Positions 37,476 to 49,593 of a DNA stretch of 64,000 nucleotides are shown piece after piece. Below the pieces are notes generated by a model, which was not told the DNA's origin, searched no databases, and was given only the letters and a program-made list of their open reading frames with translations. Source of the DNA: Takakia lepidozioides (Eukaryota; Plantae; Bryophyta); assembly GCA_030704615.1 (NCBI GenBank), contig CM060731.1, positions 36,518,001 to 36,582,000 on the forward strand. The letters are read 5' to 3'. The first letter of the stretch is position 1; every line of letters starts with the position of its first letter. The position numbers were made by a program, and so were the translations under genes.

Positions 37476-40400
37476 CCCATTGACTATACCACCTTCCCTG
37501 TAATTACTAATCTTTATTGTGCCCACTGTCAATATCGGTTAGATCCTTGGCAACTGGCATGCCTACAGGTTCATCGTGTCCGCGGTTATGGGTGTCATCC
37601 GCGGAATTGCGTACAGTACATTTTTGCAAAATCCTAGGGCAACACCGCTTTCGTGAGCACAGACTCACCGCTCACGATCTAGCATCCGTTAAGTAGCGAA
37701 CGAAGACTGATACTTGGGTTCGAGGGCTGGCAAGACTAGAATCCAACGCGACTTGCAGGTAATGTGGGGCAAGAGATCCTTACTCCTACAGGCAGGTACA
37801 TCATTACGGATCTGGTGCTTGTATACGGGCTATTCACATTGACAATGTCTACATATTCTTCCTTCAAGGCACTTCTTTGGTTTTTTCTACAAGTTAGAAA
37901 TATTTGCAACTTAACTACTTCAGAAACGCTTGGCTTTTAATGCTTCATTGAAACTTCTCGGCTTTTCCTCCATCCCAAATTTGCCGAGGAGAATCAAACT
38001 AACTGACCACACAGCCGACTTCATAAACACTAACCTCACGGTCAGACTTTGTCATTATATAACCTCAATGTCACTAGGAGTGTCGTAGTCTCTCTATGAT
38101 CATTGATAGACATTCAAACTTACGGAACTATCTTTGCCCTTTCTAGTTGCAGTGACTTTGAACTCGATCTCGTATGGTGACAGTGTGGTCACACTCCGGT
38201 TGGTGTTGTGCAATTATCAAATTTTGAGAATGAAACCCTCACTAAAATCTTTGGTGGTGGTTCTCATGTTGTTTCTCAGGATGGACAATGCTTGTTCTGA
38301 ATGCTTGAAATGACAAGTTGTAGGTACGAATTCCCGTTGGTTTTAGTGGCCTTTTTACTGGACAAAATACAGTCTAATTTGTTACGACAATCGTCATGTG
38401 GACAACCATCACGTCGTGAATCAATTCACATTGATGGTCGAGAGATGGCTCCCAACGTTGGCTCCCAAGGGACTTGAACTGGCGTTACAGGTGTAACTCG
38501 TTCACACTCACGAGAGACTTCACGCGCTGCAACAAGTGTTGAGCTGCTAAAAGTAGAACTTGCTTAAATATAACAGCTTCACCGAGTGCTACAACTGTAA
38601 TACGACCAGAAGATCTTGTCCTGAACATTGTATCGTATCCTTAAAGCCTAACAAATGACGTTATCAATAGCTATGCTTTAATTTTCCCTTTGAACATGTA
38701 GGTGGAAGACATTATGGCTTACTTCCCCAACCAAGAACACCGACCAGGAGCACCTTCCGAACATCTAGGTCTCTCACACCACGATTTCAATTTGTAAGTG
38801 CTGGCCACAATACCGGCATAAGCAACCGTGATCGCAGGCCCCAATCTATGGAACATCACATAGCCCTTCCATTGAAGATTGACACGATTGAACATCCAAC
38901 ATTGGTAGGGGCAGTCACAAGAAGAATTAAATCTACTGCGCAAGAATGTCTCACTGTTAGTTTGTCTTTTAACAACACCACAAATGGAAGTATTTCTAAA
39001 CGGTGACAAAAAAAGATCATAGAACCAACAAACAATAAGAGCCCCCATATATTTGTCATAGGCTTTTAAGATATTTTTGGACATGCAGCATCCATGCTTC
39101 TGGGTTTCTTAGTATAACCGGCTTGTTCTTGGAAGGTAGCTAACTAGATCAACCAGCCCCACCTATTGTGTTTCTGTTTGTCTAATTGTTGACCCTGCAT
39201 ATCGAAATATTATAGTCGAGGAAGAGAAGAAGTAATGTATAGATCCTGGCAGGGAACAACCAATCGAAATCAAAGAACAAAGAAAACTAGGGTTGCTCTT
39301 CCGTGAGCCTGGAGGCATGAGCCTATAAGCCCAGGAGCCCGTGAGCCCAGCATAGGCTCACACCATGTCAGCATAGAATTCCAAACTTACAAGATCTATT
39401 TCCGCGGATTGATTAACCATTTTCAGTCGTTGCAGATGACATCTATTATATCCATTCTATCCATTTGTTTCATCCATTTAGACGTGGTTTAGATACCAAG
39501 TCCTTGCATGCTAGTGAATGGATGAATTTTGTTGTGTTTGAATGGAACATTATCCGGGATGTCGGGAATGAAATAGTGGATGTGGATGCATAGTCCTCTG
39601 CGTAGATGAATGTAGCTACGACGTGTGTGTACATACCTATGCAATCCCACCACATATACGCACCCAATAATGCATATGCAATTATAGAGGAAAAGAATCC
39701 GATACAGGCAGGGAGGTGGACAGACAGACATGGAGGGACGATGGCGGACGCTAGAGGGGTGGAGTGGGCGGTGTCTCTAGAGGTGATTGTTTGAGAGGAT
39801 CGGATGGAGTTAGCAGGAAGGCAAAGTCATAGAGCTTCTGTGCAGTAGGCCATCCTCAGCAGGAATGAATCTTGGAACAGTTTCCTCGGGATTTTTTTGT
39901 TTTTATTTTTTGGTTTTGTTTTTTGGCAAAACAAGGGACAATGGCCCTCATATTTCGTATGCACCGGCGCATACCAAAAAACAGTGTTTTTTTTTTTTTT
40001 TTTAATTTTTTTGATTTTTTTAATTATTTTGTTTTTAACAAAACAGGGGACGGTGCCCTCATATTTCATATGCGAACAGAGGATTGGTAACAGTTGCCAG
40101 ACTGAAACCAGCAGACTTACTCCTGATTCCAACAGACTTACACCACCCGATGGGTCTCAAGAGTGCGCACACTTGGTGCCCTGGGCAGACTTACTGTATA
40201 TTGAGCGAAGTATTGTGCACATGCAATCAGACTGCCTCTCTTTTATTTCATCGGGAGAATGGTACTGCAACATTTCTTGGACTCTATTTTACAACAGATA
40301 CACGGTCTGCAACCTTACGGATTGTGGAATATATTTGTGCTGCAGGTGTTGGGGCACCAACCCTCTTGTCTGTTTTCCGCAAGACTCTGGGTCGCGTTTT

Positions 40401-40773
40401 CCATGCCTCGACAAAATCTCGTTCTTTTTCCGCAACATATTGTTGTTGTCATTTACAGTACGAAAGCTCTTTGCTGCCGCAGGGTGCAACATTCCTGCAG
40501 CACTATTGGCCAAGATATCAACAAGCTGTCCCCTACAGATTTTGAAACATGACAACACGTGTTTCTCCAGGTACCGACAATGCGAAATATGTCAACAAAT
40601 TCTTCGTCCATGGAGGTTGGTACGAGGACAAGTTATTGATCATAGGGAGAGTTGTCTATGGAAGGTCTGTCATATGCATTTCCCAAACCCTGTCTATGTC
40701 ATTCGCTCACATTATACAACAACAGATTATGCAATCCTCCATAAATGGTTCCCAGCGCCGTGCCACAAGCGCG

Positions 40774-41220
40774 TGTCGTGCGCATACATATTGCTACACA
40801 ACTACATCGATGTCCACAACCACACAACACATGTGCACACCAAACACTAATCTATCACTAGTCCACCACTAGTGCACCACTAGGCTGCCACTAGTCCACC
40901 ACAATGATAAAGAAAGAATGATACAAGCACACAAGCTCTCTCAAACTCACACACTTGCACATAAAAACATCACTCATATATTAAGTCGAGCCAAGTGCAC
41001 CCCACGCCATGGAGAATCCACATTACGGCGCCATAGCTAGACACGGTGAGGCTCAACTCGAGAAAGATGAGCCCACCGCGATCTGCCGTGAACATAACAA
41101 CGTCAAGTGCCCAAATATATATTGGCCCCTGGATTAACACTTGGGTCAATCCCAAATGTCAATATATCAAAACTAACTATTTCCTAGCTAGTTTCACACT
41201 AGTGGTAAAATAACTTGACA
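40774..41220 (-). mobile_element. 447-bp non-autonomous miniature of the DNMT retrotransposon (5' block joined to 3' block)
   Basis: 41220-40906 is a close match to 49594-49911 (starts TGTCAAG). 40903-40774 ends ...gtatgcgcacgaca, like the terminus at 59713. Confidence 0.8.
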
Positions 41221-41222
41221 GC

Positions 41223-41553
41223 TATCATGCGCATACGTATCGCTACACAACTACATCGTTGTCCACAACCACATAACAAATGTGCACACCAAACACTAGT
41301 CTATTACTAGTCCACCACTAATGCACCACTAGGCTGCCACTAGACAACCACTAGCCACCACTAGTGCAGACACTAGTCCAACCACTAGGCTGCAACTAGT
41401 CCATCACAATCGCCCCCCTAGCTAGCGCTTAGGTCTCTCTAAGTCCACGTAGCCACAAGATTTGATAGTGGTCATAGCCTCACTAAGTCCTCCACCACTG
41501 TCCCTACTACACTCAAACTCGATAGATCAAGGCCGGGTACAAGAGTCGTCCCA
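41223..41553 (-). mobile_element. 3' end of the same family: PPT followed by a 186-bp LTR-like block
   Basis: Minus strand reads AGGGGGGCGA (41419-41410), then t, then TGTGATGG...gtatgcgcatgata (41408-41223), with internal ccactag repeats. Confidence 0.7.
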
Positions 41554-42077
41554 TTGGCGCATACTTGACAACAATGTTTTTTTTTAATATATTATTTTTT
41601 TATTATTTTAAAGTTTTGTTCTACAAAACAGGGGACAGTGGCTCTCATATTTCGTATGCGCCGGCGCATACCAGACAACAGTGTTTTTTTCTTTTTAAAA
41701 AATTAATATTGTTTTTTTTTATTCTTACAAAACAAGGTACAGGGCCCTCATATTTCGTATGCGCCGGCGCATACCAGACAACAGTGTTTTTTTTTTTTTA
41801 AGAAAATTAATATTGTTTTTTTAATTCTTACAAAACAGGGGACAATGCCCTCATATTTCGTATGCGCCGGCGCATACCAGACAACAGTTTTTTTTAAACA
41901 ATTATTATTAATTAATAATAATAATTAATAATTAATAATTAATAATTTAATAATAATTTATTGTTATTAATTATTATTATGTTTTTACAAAATAGGGGAC
42001 AGTGGCTCTCATATTTCGTATGCCCGGCGCATACCAGATACAGTGTTTTTTTCTTAACAATTATTTTTACAAATTAC

Positions 42078-42248
42078 TTATATATATATATATATATATA
42101 AGGAAGGTGGACACATTGCCGTAGCAAGCATAACTTATGGTGTCACTTGACCCAGAAGGGCTACTGCCTTCCGGTAGGAAGATGGACACCTTTGTAACAA
42201 CCAACAGGGTGGTTTGAACAACCATATATATATATATATATATATATA
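42078..42248. repeat. (TA)n tract split by a ~125-bp unique insert
   Basis: TA runs at 42078-42100 and 42224-42248. The insert has the internal repeat aggaag(g/a)tggacac twice. Confidence 0.65.
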
Positions 42249-42360
42249 AACAGGGGATACCCTCATATTTCATATGCGTTGGCGCATACCATACAACATT
42301 GTTTCTTCTTTTTAATTATTTTAAAAAAAATGTTTTTATTATTATTATTTTGTTTTAAAG

Positions 42361-45300
42361 AATAGGGGACAAGGCCCTGGTTGGTTACTTTATTGCTGAA
42401 TTATTTGAAGGGGAAAAAAATTAAAACCCTTGATGCTGCCATAAGGCATAACGCATGAGAGCCATGCATGATAACTAAAGTTCGTTTCTGAGGAGGTTTC
42501 CCGGATATTCCGAGATAAGAACGAGTGCTGTACCGGCGTGCTGCCTAATATAATTGGCTTTACAAGCCCATGGGAGGGAGTGTGAACCCCCGGAAAAAAA
42601 ATAAGTGACAGAAGATAAAGACTGAGCCATTCTGACGACTGGGTGACTACTAGATAGTGCCAGTAAATCTACCGGTCCAAGCCCGAGCAATGTTAAGCGC
42701 CTACACTGCTTTACTGCATGTAAGGAAGAATAAGCCAAAAAAAGAGTCTAGCACATGTGCCTAACTAGGGTTAAAATAAAGGAAAAATAAGAGATGGATG
42801 TGAGTCGAGAGGGTAGGGTAGGCCCTAAAACGGAACGTTGTGGAGTTTGTGAAGTGGAACGGGACGGACGGTGGAGCTGATCAGGGGAGGTGGAGAGAGG
42901 CAGCCGAGGCAGAATGTATGGAGAAGCTACCAATGGAAGTGGAGCCGCATTGCAGAAGACGAACGGACGTGTTTCCAGTTGATTTCTGATCTTTCAAATT
43001 CTGGGGAGGCCGAAGAGGAGACCTCTGTGTCCCGAGCTATCTGGGACGTAGACACTTTTATGGGTTCTGTGGGGTACCCTTAATTTTTGCGCAGACTTAC
43101 GGATGGTAGACAGAGGCCTTAGGGGTGATATGCACAGGCTTTAGGGGTGGTAGACAGGCTTACACACTCAGTCACAGTCTTACACAGTCGTATATAGCCT
43201 ATCATAGTCTATCACAGCCATACACAGCCTTACACAGCCCGACACAACCTTACACAGTCTGTCACAGTCAATCACAGCCTATCACAATTAGTCACAGTCT
43301 ATCACAGCTCGACACAGTTTCACACAGCCAATCACAGCCCGACACAGTCCGACACAGCCAGTCACAGCAACAAGGGAGTTTATCTGCCCATATGCAGGTG
43401 AGGTCATCACAGCAGCGACAAATGATCCTATCCTTGCCCCAATTGGCGCGGAAGGCAGAGATGAGGGCAAGCAGACGCTGCGGTTTCTTAGCAGCTTCTG
43501 CACACAGTGAGGCCCAAGCTTTTTTAGCAGCAATCAATAGATCAAAGAAAACCAGAGATAAGATTGCTGATGCAGAGGTGTTCTCATTGTTGATTGCCCA
43601 GACACATCTACTTTTCCAAATGAACTAGAGAACCGAGCTTCTGAGCGACTCAAAGACAGGGCAGTCTGTGGTTTTGGATTTTTGGGTTTTGCAATAGTTA
43701 AGTAAGATTGCCATGGAACCAAAGTGCAGTGTTTCCCAAGAGCTGTAGAAGCTTTGCACCATCGCCCAGATGGTTGCTGGAGCCAAACAGTAGAGAGGGC
43801 AATGTTCCAGTGTTTCTATTGTCTGGTTTGTGCAACAGTGACACAGGAGCGCATCTCTGTAGTTCAGAAATAGGCCCACCTTAAGAACCCTGTTTGCCAC
43901 TTACCATAAGAATGCACTAATTTTGGCTGGTTTTGTTTTGTCCCAGATGGTTGCCCATATACCCTTCCAGTTCTCCTGATTGAAGTTTTCGTGGGCCTAT
44001 CTGCCTTCCCATTTTGAGATAAGAGGGCTTGCCCCAAGCAACGCTCTGTAGCCCATCTTGGCAGTCTATGAGAACAGGGGGTGGAGTTCTTCCTGGAAAG
44101 CCCATTTCCATTCTGATGGGTCAAGTTGTAAGGTGGAGATGTCAGAATTCCCAAATAAGATGAAAGGTCCCTTGCTAAGCCAAGTAAGGGTGTTAATCCC
44201 TCTGGGTGCAATAGGATTGAATACTTTGTCCGGGGAGGTCCAATGGCAAATACGAACCAGGGTGCTGTTGGACTTAGGGACTGTGACTAGGTCCTGACTG
44301 GATAGACAGAGACGGCCTGAGAGGTCATTTGCTATGAAGCAGAAACCCTTGAACCATTGTTGAGAGACTTCGGAAACGTAGAAGACTTGCAGAGAGGGAG
44401 GATTGTGCATAACCCATTGACCTGGATGAAGATCACCTTGCCCTGCTCTGAGAATCAGTTTCCAGGTATCTGGGATGGAGAGGATGACTTGAGCAATCCC
44501 GGATCTAAGGCGGGTGGTTCCTAGAGCTTGCTGTAGCGATAGGGGGGAGCTGACCCAAAGATTATTGATAGTCGATATGCCCATGGCTTTCCAAGCTACC
44601 CATTTCTTTGCTGCTTGTCTTTCCAGAAGAGAGGGGTTCGGTTTATTGAGGAACAAGTGTTGTCTTAGTGTTTCCTGAAACGTGGAAGGGTCCCGTTTCC
44701 TCAAGAATGGCCTAAGGGAATTCCAGGAGTTCCAGATTGAAGACCAAAGAGGGGAACCTGGGAGATTTGTGGTTGAAGCCTGCAGCAGCCAGCGATTGGA
44801 TGCAGGCAAGGGGACACGCTGCAAGGGAGAGGAGGAGGAAATGGTGGAGGAGATCCTGAGCTTCCACCAGCCTCCCTCCGGTCCTATGAATCTAGGGATC
44901 CATTTTCCTAAAAGAGCCTTGATTTGCAATTCTGGATCCAGAACACCTAGGCCTCCCATTTTTTTTGGAAGACATATTTGGGCCTAGGATACTTGGGGTC
45001 TTTTATTCTGGGTGGAAGACTCCACTCCCCAGATGAAATTCCTGATTAATCTTTTGATTTCCTTGATGAGTTTTGACCCAGGACTCCAAGTTGAAGCAAA
45101 GTACCAGATCCCTGCCAGCAAGATTTGGTTGGCAACTAATGCCCTGCTAGTGATAGATAAGTGACAGGACCCCCAGTAGGACAGGTTGCGTTTGAGCTTC
45201 TGAATTGTGGGACCTATTCGCTGCTCTTTTGATAGGTTGATACCGAATGTGTGCCCTAGTAAAATGGTGGCCTCACATTCTTTAAGCCACTGAAGCCCAA

Positions 45301-45778
45301 GTTGTTATCCCCACGTAGGGTTGGCTCCTATGGCTGATTTAGATATGTATCCGAGAAGCATGGCTTTGGTTTTGGACCAGTTAACTCTAAAACCAGAGAC
45401 ACTACAGAGGTGAGAGAGTGTACTTTCTGCCGCAGTTATGGAAAGATTGTCAGTTTGAAGCAGCAGAAATGTGTCATTTACAAACATTGAATCCTTAACC
45501 TGTTTGTGGTGGTTATTTCTTGGGTTCTGCAGGTAGAGGCCTCTCACTTGAGTGTTATTGTCCAGCATGTGACCAAGGGTATCAGCTACAAAAAGGAAGA
45601 GAAAGGGCGCCAGAGGGCACCCTTGTCTGACCGAGCGTTGTAACGAAAAGGGCTTGGACAGATGCCCGTTGATCATGACCTTGCTGGTTGCACCTTGAAG
45701 GAGAATCTGAACCCACTGGCGAAAGCCAAGTGGGATGCCTGATTTCTTTAAGACTGTCATGAGAAAAGACCAATCTAT
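42361..45778 (-). mobile_element. Tx1/L1-clade LINE, decayed ORF2 (RT C-half, CCHC) plus 3' UTR; 5' part displaced by the insertion at 45779
   Basis: IDWSFL...VMINGHLSKPFSLQRSVRQGCPLAPFLF...SMFVNDT, ALVANQILLAGIWY, IRNFIWG, CLPKKMGGLGVLD, CHCC...ETLEHC..YC. Contains stops and frameshifts. Confidence 0.9.
43110..43370. repeat. (cacag)-core ~10-bp minisatellite inside the LINE 3' region
   Basis: Repeats of tcacagcc and acacagtc. The reverse complement resembles the gctgtgacag minisatellite at 50940-51730. Confidence 0.7.
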
Positions 45779-48700
45779 TGTGGTGCAAAAGAGGGGCTCC
45801 CTGTACTTCTTGCTGTCACATGTCCCACTTCATTAGTGCTCAAGGAATAGATGCTGCTGCAGCGGAAGAGGAAAACAACATCCAGTCCCCTAGCTATTTC
45901 TCTTTCCCTTCTCTCGATGTTTTCACAATCACTCTTTTTGTTGTTTATTTGTTTTCTTTTAATTCATCTAAAGCAAAAGAAGTCAGCACTCGATGGTTCA
46001 TCTGATCCGTGTATTTGCACGTTCCACCTTCCTCATCTGATCGTTACATCCCAGTTCTCATGGCTGCACTGTCAATCTGCCCCAACAAGTTGGACTGCAT
46101 GATACTCGGTGCTTGTCGTATGAAGTTCTTACAAGTTCACGACAAAGAGAACTCCTTCATGCACTTGTTTTCAGACTACATGCCACTCTCATTCTTGAGC
46201 AACACTCATCGCTCAAGAGAAAACATGACTCCTAATTTACAATGCTTCCACTTTCAGTCTACAAGAGCATGCATAACACCAACATCTCACTCCATTTTAC
46301 TGCCAACACCACCTCCATACCACCTCCGCGTTCTCCATCTATCACTCTTCATACTTTCAGTCGTGCCAAAAAGCCCGTCTTCCTCCATCCTTCACTCCTA
46401 AATCCCCTTCAGCCACCCTTCCACCGGACGGTGCGCTGCCTACTTCATAAATTTGCCATGCTGGTGTCACGTGAACTTCTCTCTAAGGTCTTAATGCAAA
46501 CTTGCAGGTATTACTCCCCTTTTCAAGCTGCATGCATACGACAAAGGCCTTAGTTTAGCTGTTGTTCTGTTATAATAATCTGCCAACTACCAGTTTGTCA
46601 CTAGTTGGATGAATTTTACTAGTTCATCCAATTTTGCCGGCTGATCCCTTCTCCATCCATCACTCCCCATGAATCTACCCAAATAACAGATTTCTGCCCC
46701 CTTCACTTCGTTGGTCATTCATCCTTGATTTAGTTCGGATGAACTGTTTCCTCGCACCTTCATCTCCTGGCCATTCATCCATCCCTCGTCACCCGACAAG
46801 TATCCCGACCGAATCCATGTCCGACACACGCCTTTTACCCACAGTTGTGGTGCACTCCGTTCCTTGGTTGTCTCTGTCCTAGGGGGCATCCTCAATGTGT
46901 GCTGAAGTCTTCATCGTGCACACTCCCTTCAGCTCTCTTTGTGGCCGAGTCCATCGCTTGCCTGCCCCATCCTGCAGCATGCATCATCGTCCTCCCTCAC
47001 TCCCCTTTACCTTTGCATCATCCTTATACTCCACCATAAGGTAGGGTCCCTCCCAGGGATCCTGCATCTTTCTCTTCGCACCGGGCTTCAACATCATTAC
47101 GAGGCTCTCATTCTCCAGGTGCTGGTGCTCATCATTGTGCTTGTGGCAGGCATTGTAATCCCTTTACTGCCGGGCTTGTGCCTTCTTCACGTTGCCGCGG
47201 AGTCTTACCTCGATCGCCCTAATAGCTGCTACCTTCTTCTGGATCATGTCAGATATGGCTGCTTCATCATCGTTCAGTTCCACTATCTTGGTGATCGTCC
47301 CAATTTCATTGTCCACGCTCATTCGCATGTCCATGCCTGTGAGGACCTTGAAGGGTGAAACATTCGTTGATGCATGCACATTGATTCTATACCCAAAAGC
47401 AACCTTGTACACATCGCGATCCCACTCATTCCCTGTCTCTCTTCCCAAGGTAACTATGCTTTGCTTCAATGATTTTATTAATTGCTCCACCATGCCGTTG
47501 CACTGTGGCCAGTAGGGCACTGAATTCTCGTGTCGAATTCCAAATTTTTGACATGTTTTCTTGAATTCTCCTTGCCACTCGCTTCCCTGATCTGTCAACA
47601 CCACACTAGGTACCCCATACCTGTATATGATCTGCACTTCCAAGAACCGTGCTGTGAGCGCAGCAGTGTGGTCACGCACTGGAGCTGCCTCTACCCACTT
47701 TGAAAAGTGATCGATGGCCATGATCGCATACTGGTTTCCTTCTCTAGTTTTGGGTAACGGCCCTGCTGTGTCAAGTGCAAATCGATAGAAAAGGTCTCTG
47801 ACGGGAATGTTGCACAGCTTGATGTCCCCTTACCGGAGCGTTCCAGATGTCTTTGCTGCCTGGCAGCGTATGTATGTCTTCAGCACCATTTGTATCTGCT
47901 TGGTTCGATTGTGCCAGAAGAACCTCCTGCAGATCTCAGCCTGAGTTCGTTTCACTCCAAAGTGTCCAAGTTCCACTTGTATCTTCCGTATGAGGGCCTC
48001 CATGTCTTCTTGCCTTGGTACAATCAATCCTTTGAACAACAGGGTTCCGTCCTTCATTTCATAGTGCCTCACCCTCCTTCTGACTCTTTTTCCTTCATCA
48101 CAACTCAGGTAGTCATTGATCTCTCCAAACGTAAGTAGGTGCATTGCTTGTATGTCATTCCAAATGTCTGGCTCGTGCTCCTCAGATTCATCCCCTTCAA
48201 CAGTGCCCTTGCTGCCTTTGGCACTCGGGAACTTGGAAAGTCGGTTGGCAGTGAGTGAACTCCATGAGCTTACACCAGATGGTGAGGAGTTCAAACCCGA
48301 GAGCCCGCCCCGTTGTAACAAGGTGCCCTTTTCACTATCCAGGGAGTACTCACTCCCTTGCCAGCTTCCTTCTGTCGTTGGTTGCTCAAGTTGCTTTCCC
48401 TTTTCCTCATGTATTTGCTTTTGTTCACTGCTCCTTCGTGCAGAGCTTCAGCCCAAAGAAGAGAAGTACCACCCCCTTGTCATTATCACCCCTAGTTTGT
48501 TGTCTCGATTGCTGGTCATCTGTGATTACATTGCTAGCATGTATTCGTACTTCCTGCTCACAGTCATTCCTTCTCTCTCTCACACGCTTCTTCACCGGAC
48601 TCTCATCAAGTAAGTTTTCTCTCCCCAATTCCTGCAAGATGTTAAATTGTGGAAACTAGTGGAGCTTAATCTTCTCTCCTATCTGGTCTCTTTCTTGCTG

Positions 48701-49593
48701 CACAACCAAGAGAGATTCTTTCCACAGGCTGATTAAGTCAATTCCAGGGCGCCATTTGAATCTGACCCGTTCTCTTTTGTTGCCAGAAGTAAGTGGCTGC
48801 TCAACTTCAAAGTCAAAAACCTTCACTCTCTCTGCCAGATGTTCAGCCTGCATCTCCTGTCTTTCCTCACTCTGAACCTTTTCCCCATCATTCACCATTT
48901 TACCTTCCCTTTTTGTATCCTTCAAAGGCTACTCCTGCATTTCTTCAGATGTGATTGCATGCCCTTTACTCAACGATAGTGCCATTGTCTCCATCATTCC
49001 CCTTGCCTCTGACTTTGTTTCATTGTCTTTAACTGCAGGTACTTGAGCAAGGGATGGCAGCCCGTCAAGCTTCCCTTCGCTCTATCCGAGGGCACGCTTA
49101 TGCTGACATTCTGCTGCTGCTCCACTCGTACACCTTCCTTGCCGCCAGCTTGTCCCTCCACAAGCTGATCCTCCTCAACATTTTTGGCATGAAGGTCAGT
49201 GTGGAATTGATCAATGAGCTGATACTCTTCCTTATGAATCAAAATTGTCTCACCTCCTGGTTTCCTTATAATGCAGTTTCGAAAATCTGGATCTTCAAAG
49301 GTTGGAGTTGTGAGTCCTTCTTCCGATATTCCAGCCTTCGTCTGACTCGGCACCCTTACTTCAGCCTCACCAGACTTGTGAATTAGAGCATCGTCAATTG
49401 CTGGTTTTTGATCTTGTGTACAGGTCCTTTCAACTTGGCATGGGTGATCAACCACCGGTCCTTCCACGGAACCAGTAGGTTTGTTCAACACGTTGACCAC
49501 CTTTGTGGGATAGTTATCTTCCTCCTCCTATATCCCAGCCACTGCCAAATTGAGTTTTGCTGACTCCATTCCACTGAACTTCCTCAACAAACC
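45779..49593 (-). mobile_element. Ty3/gypsy relic: integrase plus 3' non-coding region, inserted in the LINE RT
   Basis: Zn-binding region ELGHFGVKRT...FFWHN...IRCQ (48321-47830), core AIDHFSKW...LTDQGSEW...PQCNGMVE (47721-47164), KPG..KMQDPWEGPY near 47040. Minus-strand 3' end ...tttgcaccaca abuts the LINE codons IDW at 45778. Confidence 0.85.

Larger units (their letters stand above)
39895..42378. repeat. Array of ~58-bp units with the 18-bp palindrome gtatgcgccggcgcatac and variable T/A-rich spacers, interrupted by insertions
   Basis: Units at ~39928, 40040 (left half) plus 41554 (right half), 41625, 41728, 41832, 41989, 42248, and a partial at 42361. Confidence 0.85.

Noticed and set aside
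37700-39100. Coding-like degenerate region
   Set aside because: The frames I tried were interrupted by stops and no family could be recognised by eye.
39897-40850. 317-aa ORF as a real gene
   Set aside because: It starts in poly-T repeat spacers, crosses insertion boundaries and has no recognisable motif.
39895-42378. CRISPR array
   Set aside because: Eukaryotic context, no cas genes, and spacers are low-complexity T/A tracts of uneven length.
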